Assembly: GCA_964456525.1 (NCBI GenBank)
Contig: CAYWAP010000005.1
Location: 963-64,962 of the forward strand
Length of the DNA: 64,000 nt
Reading direction: 5' to 3'
Source: an uncultured Oscillospiraceae bacterium
GTDB lineage: Bacteria; Bacillota; Clostridia; Oscillospirales; Oscillospiraceae
Made by a program: the position numbers and the translations under genes. The notes under the pieces were generated by a model, which was not told the origin of the DNA, did not search any database, and was given only the letters and a program-made list of their open reading frames with translations. Positions 35,101 to 45,921 of the stretch are shown one piece after another. The first letter of the stretch is position 1. Each line of letters starts with the position of its first letter.

Positions 35101-36556
35101 CGGCCACGACGCCTACTTATCCGACGAAATTATCCGGCTGATGAACGCCATTTCGGGCAAAAATCCTCTGATCCTGAAGCTGGATGAGAGCGATGCCCTG
35201 GGTTCGCTGCGCATCCGCGTCCGCTCCTTTGTGGAGACGGTGTCCATGCGCCGCCGCCAAAATAAGGAAACCGAGGTACGGGAACTCCAAGACCCCTATC
35301 CTGTCAAATTCACCAGGGAGAGCCGGAAGGAAAGAATTGTTCTGGTTCCCAACACTTCCCACGCCTTCAGCCGCATCATGGCCGCCGCCTTCCAGCACCA
35401 GAACATTCGCGCCGTGCCCCTGGACATCGGCCGGGAGGAAGCCATCCGTCTGGGCAAGCGCTATGTTCACAACGATATCTGTTTCCCGGCGCAGATCGTC
35501 ATCGGGGAGGCCCTGGCCGCCCTGCGCAGCGGCAAATACGACGGCCATGAAGTCGCCATCGGCATGGGCAAGTACATCGGCGACTGCCGCCTGACCCATT
35601 ACAGCGCCCTGCTCCGAAAGGCCCTGGACGACGCCGGTTATTCGGACGTCCCCATCCTGACCAATGACGATGCGGACTCCCACCACCTGCATCCGGGATT
35701 CAAGATGAATCTGACGACCTCGATGCTCATCGCCTTTACCCTGCCGATGATCGACGTTTATGAGGAACTGCTGCGCAAAATGCGCCCCTATGAACTGGTT
35801 CCCGGCAGCGCCAACGCCGCTTTTGAGAAGGCCATGGACGCCCTCATTCAGGGGATGGCGCACGGAATTGCCGGCGCCCGCAGCGGCTTCAGCAGAGGGA
35901 TTGATATGATGCGCGCCGTCCGGTATGACCGCTCTCAGCCCCGGCCCCGGGTGCTGATCGTGGGCGAGTACCTGCTGAACTTCCACCCCGGCGCCAACCA
36001 CGACATCGAGGACTATCTGGAGCGCAACGGATTTGAGATCATCGAGGCGCGCATGACTGACGTCATCCGCAAGACCTACTTCTACAAGGACGCGCAGGTG
36101 AAGGAATATCATCTGGATAAGCCCATGAAGGAGAAAATCTGGTATCGAACGGCTGACGAGGCGTTCAACGCGGCCCACAACGTCACAGACGCCATCGCCA
36201 AAAAGCATCCCCTGTACACACCGGCCACCCGTATGCAGGATTTGGTCAGCGCCAGCGACTCCATCATTCACCACACCTTTGACGCCGGTGAGGGCGTGCT
36301 GATTCCGGGGGAAATCCTTCACCACGCTGCCCGCGGCTGCCGTGCGTTCATCATCCTCCAGCCCTTTGGCTGTCTCCCCAACCACGTCGTGGGGCGCGGC
36401 ATTTCCAAACGTCTGAAAGAGCTCTATCCCGACGCGCAAATTTTGCCGCTGGACTACGACCCCGACGTCAGCTTTGCCAACATCGAAAACCGCCTGCAAA
36501 TGCTGATTATGAGTGAAAAAAGCCGCACTCAAACAGCGGAACCTGCGCCGGTGTAA
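32159..36556 (+). CDS. multidomain 2-hydroxyacyl-CoA dehydratase activase fusion (2x BcrAD/BadFG + DUF2229-like + dehydratase-like)
   Basis: GIDVGSTT and GIDAGSTT ATPase starts, ELGGQDAK/DIGGQDMK, CAGGTGAF/CSSGCGSF Fe-S cysteines, CFPAK, SFGCGHDA, QPFGCLPNH. Confidence 0.88.
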   Translation: MVNSNSALRLGIDVGSTTVKVVVLDPASNEVLFSRYQRHHAEQAATARELLQEVLSTFPDTPFRAAVCGSGGKPIADCIGAHYIQEVVANSAAVRKLYPEARTAIELGGQDAKIIFFYYDKTAGHLVTSDMRMNGSCAGGTGAFIDEIAALLKTPTEAFEALAAKGTTLYSISGRCGVFAKTDIQTILNQGGRREDIALSSFHAIAKQTIGGLAQGLEIHPPVIFEGGPLTFNPTLVKVFAKRLNLREEEIIRPVNPDTIVAEGAALAIDELFPVEQDTDDLFDLQRANTLLENGVTEDSSSEPGTVQRYFERDEDCQAWRKRHAPPPLAQPHTVPGEPLRVYIGIDAGSTTSKLVLLDEEERVIDRFYANNQGDPIRVVKQGLMQLHEKYRKAGIELEVLGLGTTGYGEMMLGAAYGADYHTVETVAHAAAAQHYVPDVSFVLDIGGQDMKAIWISDRIVTNMTLNEACSSGCGSFLENFATSLGIPVDQIAEAAFRAEHPANLGSRCTVFMNSTIITEQKNGRNPDEIMAGLCRSIIQNVFTKVVRIPNTDALGKKVVVQGGTFKNDAVLRALEQYLGVEVTRAPYPGEMGCIGAALLTKRQVEDEGYPDGKSHFIGWDALPDFDYIQKDNLPCPFCGNHCRRTIVTFSNGRSWITGNRCERGEILGNPREESVRSQLKARKQDTVPNLFALREKLLFQDYDYPKLLPEKNVVIGLPRVLAFWETMPFWTTFWRALGFRVRISDKSSRRLYESGLSAVTSDTVCFPAKLVHGHIRNLAQKKVDRIFMPSITTVTSENTETTSESMCAVVKGYPIVIRNSDSPEQRWGIPFDAPLFHWYKVKDRNRQLTEYMHDTFGIAADLTREAVKAADAAQSQYETALKAAGQEVLDEVTRKGTYAVILAARPYQNDALVNHNLPELFTQLGIPVLTADSLPMVTNVDLSRSRLDIVNNYHARMLSSAILAAENENLEYVQLVSFGCGHDAYLSDEIIRLMNAISGKNPLILKLDESDALGSLRIRVRSFVETVSMRRRQNKETEVRELQDPYPVKFTRESRKERIVLVPNTSHAFSRIMAAAFQHQNIRAVPLDIGREEAIRLGKRYVHNDICFPAQIVIGEALAALRSGKYDGHEVAIGMGKYIGDCRLTHYSALLRKALDDAGYSDVPILTNDDADSHHLHPGFKMNLTTSMLIAFTLPMIDVYEELLRKMRPYELVPGSANAAFEKAMDALIQGMAHGIAGARSGFSRGIDMMRAVRYDRSQPRPRVLIVGEYLLNFHPGANHDIEDYLERNGFEIIEARMTDVIRKTYFYKDAQVKEYHLDKPMKEKIWYRTADEAFNAAHNVTDAIAKKHPLYTPATRMQDLVSASDSIIHHTFDAGEGVLIPGEILHHAARGCRAFIILQPFGCLPNHVVGRGISKRLKELYPDAQILPLDYDPDVSFANIENRLQMLIMSEKSRTQTAEPAPV

Positions 36557-36612
36557 TCTCCGGCGGGACAAATTTACCGTTTATGAATTTCCAAACGAGA
36601 GGAGCATCCAGA

Positions 36613-37242
36613 ATGGATTCACAATTTCAACGCATGATAGAGGGCCGGCTCTACGATCCCGGCGACGAAGCCATTTTGTCTGAACAGACCAGTTATCTGG
36701 ACACCCTATATGAGTTCAACGCCACCCGCCCCTCCGAGGGGGAGAGGCGGAACCGGCTGCTCCATGAAATGCTGGGCAGCTGCGGCGAGGGCTGCTACAT
36801 TGAGCCGCCCTTTCACGCCAACTGGGGCGGCAAACATGTGTTCTTTGGCCGCAGAATCTATGCCAATTCCAATCTGACCATGGTGGACGACGGCAATATC
36901 TACGTGGGAGACGCCGTCATGTTTGGCCCCAATGTCACCGTTGCCACCGCCGGTCATCCGGTGGAGCCCCATCTGCGCGCAAGGGGCATTCAATTTAACG
37001 CCGACGTTCACATCGGAAACAACGTCTGGATTGGGGCAGGCGCTGTGATTCTTCCCGGCGTCACCATCGGGGACAATTCTGTCATCGGGGCAGGCAGCGT
37101 GGTCACGAAAGACATTCCCCCGGACGTGGTGGCGGTGGGCAACCCCTGCCGCGTCCTGCGCCCCATCGGGGAACGGGACCGGGAGGTTTACTTCCGCGGG
37201 AAGAAAATCGACTTGGAAATTCCCGATGAGGAACAGGTATAA
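36613..37242 (+). CDS. sugar O-acetyltransferase (maltose/galactoside type)
   Basis: IEPPFHANWG, hexapeptide repeats, IGAGSVVTKDIP, GNPCRV. Confidence 0.92.
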   Translation: MDSQFQRMIEGRLYDPGDEAILSEQTSYLDTLYEFNATRPSEGERRNRLLHEMLGSCGEGCYIEPPFHANWGGKHVFFGRRIYANSNLTMVDDGNIYVGDAVMFGPNVTVATAGHPVEPHLRARGIQFNADVHIGNNVWIGAGAVILPGVTIGDNSVIGAGSVVTKDIPPDVVAVGNPCRVLRPIGERDREVYFRGKKIDLEIPDEEQV

Positions 37243-37320
37243 CCCACCCCAAGAGATCTGACACATCCCTTTGACCGGGCGGGTTCCCTGCCTCAAGGCT
37301 GTAAAGGGCACTCTAACGCA

Positions 37321-37351
37321 AAAAGGCCGAGTCCTACGGGACTGGGCCTTT
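37321..37351. terminator. bidirectional terminator
   Basis: AAAAGGCC.AGTCC-TACG-GGACT.GGCCTTT between convergent genes. Confidence 0.65.
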
Positions 37352-37387
37352 GATTGCGGGGGCAGCTCCCAACGGCCCCACATCCGC

Positions 37388-37756
37388 TCAGGAGCTGCCC
37401 GCTCTCCTGCGAAAGAACGTCAGCAGCCCTGTGACGATCAAATATCCGCCAAAAAATTTCCGCAGCACCGAGGGGGCCGCTGCCGCCGCGGCAAGGGAAC
37501 CGGCAATGGCCGCCGCGCACCCGCAGGCCCCGCCCCACAGGGCGCTCTGCCGGTCAATCCGGCCATGTTTCAGGTGGCCGGGCAGGGAGGCCGCCGCCGT
37601 GGGCAGAAAGTAGAGCAGATTGACGCCCTGGGCCGCCTGCTGGGAAAAGCCAGCCCAGAAGGTCAGATAGAGCAGCAGCAGGGTTCCCCCGCCGATGCCG
37701 AAGGCGGACAAAATGCCGGTGAGGGCGCCGGCGGCCCAGTTTAGAAAAGCAGACAT
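37388..37756 (-). CDS. half-size TauE/SafE family membrane protein (second half)
   Basis: GILSAFGIGGG motif, four TM segments; GGAGG SD embedded in the upstream gene. Confidence 0.8.
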   Translation of the reverse strand: MSAFLNWAAGALTGILSAFGIGGGTLLLLYLTFWAGFSQQAAQGVNLLYFLPTAAASLPGHLKHGRIDRQSALWGGACGCAAAIAGSLAAAAAAPSVLRKFFGGYLIVTGLLTFFRRRAGSS

Positions 37757-38100
37757 TTCACCCCTCCATAGATGGTGAGCAGGGCAAACACCCTGCGCAG
37801 CAGCGTTCCGCTGATGCGTCCATACCAGCGGCTGCCCAGCCAGCCGCCCAGTGCGCCGCTGATGAGAAAGGGAAGGGCTGCTCCGAAATCCAGCAGGCCC
37901 CGCCACCAATATACGGCGCAGGAGACCGCGCATATGGGCAGGATGATGGCGACTGAGGTGGCAAACGTCTTTTTCTCCTCCAATTTCACCCATCCCAACA
38001 GCAGCGGAACCAGAACCATGCCCCCGCCCGCCCCAAAGAAACCGTTTGAAAAACCGGCCAGTGCGCCGCTGACGCCGCACTTCCAGGATACACGTGACAA
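37741..38100 (-). CDS. half-size TauE/SafE family membrane protein (first half)
   Basis: GFSNGFFGAGGG..VP motif, ATS, four TM segments. Confidence 0.82.
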   Translation of the reverse strand: MSRVSWKCGVSGALAGFSNGFFGAGGGMVLVPLLLGWVKLEEKKTFATSVAIILPICAVSCAVYWWRGLLDFGAALPFLISGALGGWLGSRWYGRISGTLLRRVFALLTIYGGVKCLLF

Positions 38101-38188
38101 AAAAATCCCTCCCCTGTTCAGTTTGAACGGGGGAGGGATAAACTATGCAGGGGAAGCCACAGGTTTCCCCTGACCGTTCCCGTCCGCC

Positions 38189-38557
38189 TCAGCGGGACGG
38201 AACAATTTCGATCCAGTAGCCGTCCGGGTCTGCAATAAAGTAGATGCCCATAGCGGGATTTTCAAAACAGATGCAGCCCATGTCCTCGTGGAGTTTGTGG
38301 GCCGCCGCAAAGTCGTCCACACGGAAGGCCAGATGGAACTCACAGTCCCCCAGATTATAGGGCCGGTCATATTCTCGGGTCCAGGTCAGCTCCAGCTCAA
38401 ACTCAGACTGGTCGTTACCCAGATAGACGATGATATACGACCCGTCAGCTGCGGTTTTCCGGCGCTTTTCCTGAAGCCCCAGCGCGTCCTGATAAAAGGC
38501 CAGCGAGCGCTCCAGATCAAAAACATTGTAGTTCTCGTGAATCATTTTAAAGTGCAT
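38189..38557 (-). CDS. gloA: lactoylglutathione lyase / VOC family protein
   Basis: H..YNV.DLERSLAFY, ELELTW, HLAFRVDD, FIADPDGYWIEI. Confidence 0.85.
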   Translation of the reverse strand: MHFKMIHENYNVFDLERSLAFYQDALGLQEKRRKTAADGSYIIVYLGNDQSEFELELTWTREYDRPYNLGDCEFHLAFRVDDFAAAHKLHEDMGCICFENPAMGIYFIADPDGYWIEIVPSR

Positions 38558-39248
38558 AGTGATCCCCCTTTTGTCTCAGCCGGACAATGCGGTCTGCATA
38601 GGCGGCCGCCTCTTTCCGACGGCACAGCTCCTCAATACACCGGAATCTGCCCCAAAAATGCATCGGCACCGCCCAGCGGATTTTGCACAGGCGCATATAG
38701 TAGTCAAAGCCTTTCCAGCTGTCCTCCCTCTGCCGGGGGTCCAGCGGCAAAAACGCCACGTCTATCCTGCGCCCCTGTAACGGCCTGGTGTATTCCCGGA
38801 ACATCCGGGTCATCTCTTCATTTTCCTCTTTTGTACACTCGTCCCAGAGCCACCAGTGCAGATCCCCCGCATGGTAGACGGTTCTCCCCCTATGGGCGAC
38901 CAGATAGGCCACCCCCAGATCGGTGGATGGCAGGGTTTCCACCTGCACGTCCGGCGGCAGGGACAGCCTTTGCAGCCCGCCCAGACGGTACACCTTCCGG
39001 CCCGCAGCGGACTTTGGCACAGGGATTTCCTCTGAGAGAACATAGGCCGCATCCCTCCACCGGCTTCCGTAGTCGAAAATCGCCGGGTTAAAGTGGTCCG
39101 GGTGGCTGTGGCTGGAAAACACAATCAGCGGTTTATCCACAGGTTCTGGCAAATCCCCTTTGTAGTAGTCAAAGAGGAAGCAGCAGTCCTCCCATTCCAG
39201 GAAGAAGCCGCTGTGGTCGATATAGGTTACGCGAATATCATTCGGCAT
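38547..39248 (-). CDS. MBL-fold metallo-hydrolase
   Basis: YIDHSGF, SHSHPDHF, YHAGDL, PMHF. Confidence 0.85.
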   Translation of the reverse strand: MPNDIRVTYIDHSGFFLEWEDCCFLFDYYKGDLPEPVDKPLIVFSSHSHPDHFNPAIFDYGSRWRDAAYVLSEEIPVPKSAAGRKVYRLGGLQRLSLPPDVQVETLPSTDLGVAYLVAHRGRTVYHAGDLHWWLWDECTKEENEEMTRMFREYTRPLQGRRIDVAFLPLDPRQREDSWKGFDYYMRLCKIRWAVPMHFWGRFRCIEELCRRKEAAAYADRIVRLRQKGDHYAL

Positions 39249-39287
39249 CGGAACGCACCATCCCCATCCAATGATACAGGTATAGGA

Positions 39288-39319
39288 CAACGGCGGCCTC
39301 AACACAAAGACCGCCGTTG
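39288..39319 (-). terminator. hairpin after nfnB/gltA
   Basis: CAACGGCGG/CCGCCGTTG 9-bp stem. Confidence 0.5.
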
Positions 39320-39333
39320 CATCTAAAACCGGA

Positions 39334-40743
39334 TTACTTGCTCTGAATGTATTGATCGATCGCCGCAGCGGCCTTCTTGCCGGCGCCCATCGCCAGAATG
39401 ACGGTGGCGGCTCCTGTGACCGCGTCGCCGCCGGCAAACACGCCCTCCCGGGTGGTGGAGACGCTGTCCTCTCCCACAACCAGGCATCCGCGGCGATTCG
39501 TCTCCAGACCGGGGGTGGTGGAGCGAATCAGCGGGTTGGGAGACGTGCCCAGGGCCATGATGACGGTGTCAACCTCCAACAGGAACTCGCTGCCGGGGAC
39601 CTCAATGGGACGGCGGCGGCCAGATGCGTCCGGCTCTCCCAGCTCCATGCGGACGCACTTCATCGCGGCAACACGGCCGGTGGGCTTGCCGTCCTCGTTG
39701 ACGCCGCTGATGATCTCCACGGGGTTGCACAGATTTTTGAATACAATGCCCTCTTCTTTGGCGTGCTCGATCTCCTCGCGGCGGGCGGGCATCTCCGCAT
39801 CGCTGCGGCGGTAGACGATGTAGACATCCTCAGCCCCCATGCGCTTTGCACAGCGGCAGGCGTCCATCGCGACGTTGCCGCCGCCAACCACCGCCACCTT
39901 CTTGGATTTCAGGACGGGGGTATCGTATTCCTCCAAATAGCCCTTCATCAAGTTGATGCGGGTCAGGTATTCATTGGCGGAGCAGACGCCGGCCAGTCCC
40001 TCGCCCGGAATGTTCATAAAGCGGGGCAGTCCGGCGCCGGTGCCGATAAAGACGGCCTCGAAGCCCATATCTTCCATCAGTTCGTCAATGGACAGGACCC
40101 GGCCGATGACCATATCCGTCATGATCTCCACGCCCAGCGCCTTCAGCTTCTCCACCTCGTCGCCCACAATGTCTTTGGGCAGGCGGAATTCCGGGATACC
40201 ATAGGCCAGAACGCCGCCGGAGGTGTGAAACGCCTCAAAAATCGTGACCGCATATCCCAGCTTGGCCAGATCTGCGGCGCAGGTCAGACCGGAGGGGCCG
40301 GAACCCACAACCGCCACCTTGTGGCCGTTGGGCGCGGGCTTTTCCACCTCACCGGTGGCGTGCTCCCGGTGCCAATCCGCCACAAAGCGCTCCAGGCGGC
40401 CAATGCCCACAGGCTCCGTCCGAATGCCCCGAACGCACAGGCTCTCACACTGGCTCTCCTGGGGACAGACGCGTCCGGAAATGGCGGGCAGCGCGTTTGT
40501 CTCTGCAATGACCTGATAGGCCCCTTCCAGATCGCCCTCCACAATCTTCTGGATAAAGTTCGGGATTTGGACGTTAACCGGGCACCCCTCTACGCAGCGG
40601 GGGTTTTTGCAGTTCAGGCAGCGGGCCGCCTCCCCCTGCGCCATCTCCAGGGTGTAGCCCAGGGCTACCTCTTTGAAGTTCTTGTTACGGACATTGGGCT
40701 CCTGCGCGGGCATGGGCGTTTTATTCGGACTCATATTCGCCAT
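39334..40743 (-). CDS. nfnB: NfnB / GltA-like NADPH-dependent flavoprotein (electron-bifurcating transhydrogenase large subunit)
   Basis: RCLNCKNPRCVEGCP, GRVCPQESQCE, GSGPSG, GIPEFRLP, GGGNVAMD, FAGGD. Confidence 0.88.
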   Translation of the reverse strand: MANMSPNKTPMPAQEPNVRNKNFKEVALGYTLEMAQGEAARCLNCKNPRCVEGCPVNVQIPNFIQKIVEGDLEGAYQVIAETNALPAISGRVCPQESQCESLCVRGIRTEPVGIGRLERFVADWHREHATGEVEKPAPNGHKVAVVGSGPSGLTCAADLAKLGYAVTIFEAFHTSGGVLAYGIPEFRLPKDIVGDEVEKLKALGVEIMTDMVIGRVLSIDELMEDMGFEAVFIGTGAGLPRFMNIPGEGLAGVCSANEYLTRINLMKGYLEEYDTPVLKSKKVAVVGGGNVAMDACRCAKRMGAEDVYIVYRRSDAEMPARREEIEHAKEEGIVFKNLCNPVEIISGVNEDGKPTGRVAAMKCVRMELGEPDASGRRRPIEVPGSEFLLEVDTVIMALGTSPNPLIRSTTPGLETNRRGCLVVGEDSVSTTREGVFAGGDAVTGAATVILAMGAGKKAAAAIDQYIQSK

Positions 40744-40757
40744 AGTCTCAAACCTCC

Positions 40758-41612
40758 TTACGGAATCAGGTGCTGCGCCAACTTGTCAAAGCGGCACAGG
40801 TGGTTGTGCAGCAGCTCTGCTTCCTGTTCGCGGTACAGGCTGTTGCGGTTCATCAGCTCATCGAAGTCCACTTCATAGCCGTCGAACTCCGGGCCGTCCA
40901 CGCAGGCAAAGCGCATTTCGCCGCCCACACTCACACGGCAGCCGCCGCACATCCCGGTTCCGTCAATCATAACGGGGTTCAGGGAAACCTTACAGGGAAC
41001 GCCAAAGGGCTCTGCGGTCTTGACAACAAATTTCATCATGGGGACCGGGCCAATGGCAATAATGACGTCATACTTCTTGCCGCTCTCCAACAGCTCCTGC
41101 TCCTTGGTGGTCGTAAAGCCCTTTTCGCCATAGGAGCCGTCGTCGGTCATGATATAGAAATTGTCGCAGGCGTTGCGGAATTCATCTTCCAGAATCACCA
41201 GATCCTTGTTCCGGAAGCCGACGATCACATCGGTCTCCACACCGGCATCGTGGAACCCTTTGGCCACCGGATAGGCGATGGCCGTTCCCAGGCCGCCGCC
41301 GATGACGCAGGCGGATTTGACGCCCTCCAATTCCGTGGGTTTTCCCAGCGGCCCGACGAAGTCCAGCAGGTAATCTCCCACCTCCAGCTTGCTCAGCGCG
41401 ATGGTGGTCAGACCCACCAGCTGGAAAATAATAGTAACGGTGCCCTTCTCCCGATCGAAACCGCCGATGGTCAGCGGCAGGCGCTCACCCTTCTCATCAA
41501 TCCGCAGAATGATGAACTGTCCGGGCTGTGCCTTCCGGGCCACAAAGGGGGCCTCGATTTCCAGAAGGGTAATCGTCGGGTTGAGCACCTCTTTACGCAC
41601 GACTTTGAACAC
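40758..41612 (-). CDS. nfnA: NfnA / sulfide-dihydroorotate dehydrogenase-like FAD/NAD-binding protein
   Basis: AQPGQF, GERLPLT, GPLG, GGGLG, DGTGMCGGCR, ACVDGPEF; directly upstream of nfnB. Confidence 0.88.
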   Translation of the reverse strand: MFKVVRKEVLNPTITLLEIEAPFVARKAQPGQFIILRIDEKGERLPLTIGGFDREKGTVTIIFQLVGLTTIALSKLEVGDYLLDFVGPLGKPTELEGVKSACVIGGGLGTAIAYPVAKGFHDAGVETDVIVGFRNKDLVILEDEFRNACDNFYIMTDDGSYGEKGFTTTKEQELLESGKKYDVIIAIGPVPMMKFVVKTAEPFGVPCKVSLNPVMIDGTGMCGGCRVSVGGEMRFACVDGPEFDGYEVDFDELMNRNSLYREQEAELLHNHLCRFDKLAQHLIP

Positions 41613-41757
41613 AATACTTCCTCCTTAGTCTAAACCTGTCGCAGTCGGAAAAGAATCTCCAGGCATCCGCTGGATCACGCCTATGCGTCCCCAACTGCAC
41701 GGACGCCGGCCTGTATGATTGCAACGCCGCCGGACGGCCGGGGCGCTCCAAAACCAC

Positions 41758-42933
41758 TCAACTTCCGCCGAGCATGCCGCTTTCCCGGACGGCGCGAACC
41801 GCCTCCGCGATTGTTTCCGGGGGCAGAACCAACGCAAAGCGCACGTGCCCCTCCCCCAGCGAACCGAAGGCAGAACCGGGCGTACACAAGACGCCGCTGC
41901 GCTCCAGCAGCTCAAAGCAGAAATCTTCCGATCGCTGGTAGCCCGCCGGCAAGGGCGCCCAGGCAAACATGCTGCCCTCACTGTCGGGGACATTCCAACC
42001 GATGGACCGGAGACCGCCGCACAGCGCATCCCGGCGCTCCTGATAGGCCTTCCGGCGTCTCTCCACCCCGTCCTGGGGGCCGTTGAGGGCCGCAATGGCG
42101 GCGTACTGCACCGGGAAGAAAATGCCGTAGTCGATCTGGCTGCGCAGTGTGGCCAGTTTTTGCACAATTTCCCGGTTCCCCAGGACGAAGGAAATGCGGC
42201 CGCCGGTGAGACAATAGGTCTTGGACAGGGAGTTAAACTCCACGCCCACGTCCATGGCCCCTGGAATGGACAGGAAGGAAATTCCCGGCCGGCCGTCATA
42301 GACGATCTCCGAATAGGCGTTGTCGTGCAGAACCATCACATGATACTTTTGCGCGAAGGCCACCAGTTCCTCGTAAAAGGAGCGGGGCGCGGTCACGCAG
42401 ACCGGATTGGCCGGATAGGACACCACAATGGCCTTTGCGGCCCGTGCCACATCCTCCGGAATGGCGCTGAGATCGGGCAAATAGTGGTTTTCCTCCAGCA
42501 GATCATAATACACGATCTTTGCCCCCGTGAGCCAGGGGCCGACTTCAAAAACGGGATAACCGGGATTGGGACACAGAACGATGTCGCCGGGATCGCACAG
42601 CGCCCATCCGATGTGGGCAAGGCCCTCCTGGCTGCCATTGATGGACGTGATCTGATCCGCTTCCAGCCGGACGCCGTAGCGGCGGTCATACCACCCCTGA
42701 ACCGCTTCCACCAGTTCGGGCAGATTCCCCAGTGAGTATTTAAAATTTGCCGGATCCTGTGTGGCGCGGACAGCGGCCTGCAACACGTGTTCATCCGGCG
42801 GAAAATCCGGCGTTCCAACCGAGAGGTTGTACACCGTCCGGCCCTGGGCCAGCATTTCTCTCCTCTTTTTCTCCAGCACATTAAAAATTCCGGGCTGGAA
42901 GGTATCCATTCGGGACGCGAATTTGAGTTCCAT
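41758..42933 (-). CDS. PLP aminotransferase class I/II (LL-diaminopimelate aminotransferase-like)
   Basis: GSQEGLAH, PNPGYP, SYPANP, HDNAY, EFNSLSKTY..TGGR. Confidence 0.85.
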   Translation of the reverse strand: MELKFASRMDTFQPGIFNVLEKKRREMLAQGRTVYNLSVGTPDFPPDEHVLQAAVRATQDPANFKYSLGNLPELVEAVQGWYDRRYGVRLEADQITSINGSQEGLAHIGWALCDPGDIVLCPNPGYPVFEVGPWLTGAKIVYYDLLEENHYLPDLSAIPEDVARAAKAIVVSYPANPVCVTAPRSFYEELVAFAQKYHVMVLHDNAYSEIVYDGRPGISFLSIPGAMDVGVEFNSLSKTYCLTGGRISFVLGNREIVQKLATLRSQIDYGIFFPVQYAAIAALNGPQDGVERRRKAYQERRDALCGGLRSIGWNVPDSEGSMFAWAPLPAGYQRSEDFCFELLERSGVLCTPGSAFGSLGEGHVRFALVLPPETIAEAVRAVRESGMLGGS

Positions 42934-43072
42934 AGCTTGAAATAGCGCTCCCCTTTCTCTCGAAAATCTTTGGCCGCAAACAGCCCCAAGCGCTCACCGG
43001 CTTGCACCGGCGGCAATTTCCCGTCAGGGTCAAGAGCGGGCGAAGGGCTTCTCCTGTCACAGTCATAACACA

Positions 43073-43101
43073 ATTATAAACCCCCCACTTTTGGATTGCA
43101 A
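43073..43101 (-). promoter_or_regulatory. sigma-A promoter for the aminotransferase
   Basis: minus strand TTGCAA-17bp-TATAAT. Confidence 0.75.
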
Positions 43102-43189
43102 GCGGGTTCGGCCAAAAAACCGGTTTTATCTGCACCGGCGCTGTGGCCTCCTCTTGCGCCCTGCAAAAGGGGCGCCTTCCTCTGCTCCA

Positions 43190-45181
<1,992 letters not shown>

Positions 45182-45187
45182 CTACAT

Positions 45188-45859
45188 TTAGGATTCCTCC
45201 GCGCTGGAATCCGCCACGCTGCCGTTATATCCCAGCACCGCGTAGCTCTCCGGGACCTCGCCCAGGATAATCGTCTCCGCCACCGTAACCGAAGTGGAGA
45301 TTTCCTCCTCCATCACGCCGCCCGGCAGCATCAGCAGCGCCGTCCCGCTGACCACAAGCTGGATCTGGTGGAGGATCTGGTTGATGCCGGTGCTCTCAAA
45401 CGTGCTCTCAAACCGGGCGCCAATGCTGCCAAAATCCAGCACTTCCACGGCCAGCTCCGGCCCCAGCCCAGTCAGCAGGGACACCCCCAGCGCCGTTCCC
45501 AGGGGGATGTAAATATTTTCCCGGCCGGTGCCGTTGATCTGCTCTGTCACCTGGGTGATCACCGCGTTTCGCAGCCGGTTCAGCGCCGTCATGTCGGCGC
45601 TCACAGCCACCAGCTTGCCCGACTCATCGTATTGCATGGAGACGATTTCCATATCGTCCATGGACGTCAATACCTCGCTGCTCTCACAGGCCTCATCGAG
45701 CTGAATCGCAATGCGGTTTCGCAGCTCCAGACTGGCAATCTCCCCCGCCAGGGGACGAATCCGCACCTCCAGCAGGAGCAGCGCCAGTGCGGCGCATAAG
45801 AGCGGCAATAGAGCCAGGAGCCATCGCCTGTTTTTTCCACGGTACGTTCTGCGTCTCAA
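45188..45859 (-). CDS. yunB: sporulation protein YunB
   Basis: N-terminal TM, IPLGTALG...GP, FESTGINQ.LH, VAETIILGEVP. Confidence 0.85.
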   Translation of the reverse strand: MRRRTYRGKNRRWLLALLPLLCAALALLLLEVRIRPLAGEIASLELRNRIAIQLDEACESSEVLTSMDDMEIVSMQYDESGKLVAVSADMTALNRLRNAVITQVTEQINGTGRENIYIPLGTALGVSLLTGLGPELAVEVLDFGSIGARFESTFESTGINQILHQIQLVVSGTALLMLPGGVMEEEISTSVTVAETIILGEVPESYAVLGYNGSVADSSAEES

Positions 45860-45875
45860 GAAACCACCCCGGTTC

Positions 45876-45903
45876 AGGATATGCCGGATGGGGTTGTCTT
45901 GTT
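45876..45903 (-). promoter_or_regulatory. possible mother-cell (sigma-E/sigma-K-type) promoter for yunB
   Basis: minus strand AACA-16nt-CATATCCT in the gap upstream of yunB; weak match. Confidence 0.35.
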
Positions 45904-45921
45904 CCCGCAGATTGATTCCAG

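Noticed and set aside
39334-40743. Annotation as true glutamate synthase small subunit
   Set aside because: No gltB large subunit is nearby, and pairing with an NfnA-type gene fits NfnAB better.
43000-43035. GGGAA...CCGGTGCAAGCCGG resembling a cobalamin riboswitch
   Set aside because: The GCCACTG and B12-box elements are absent and the downstream gene is unrelated.
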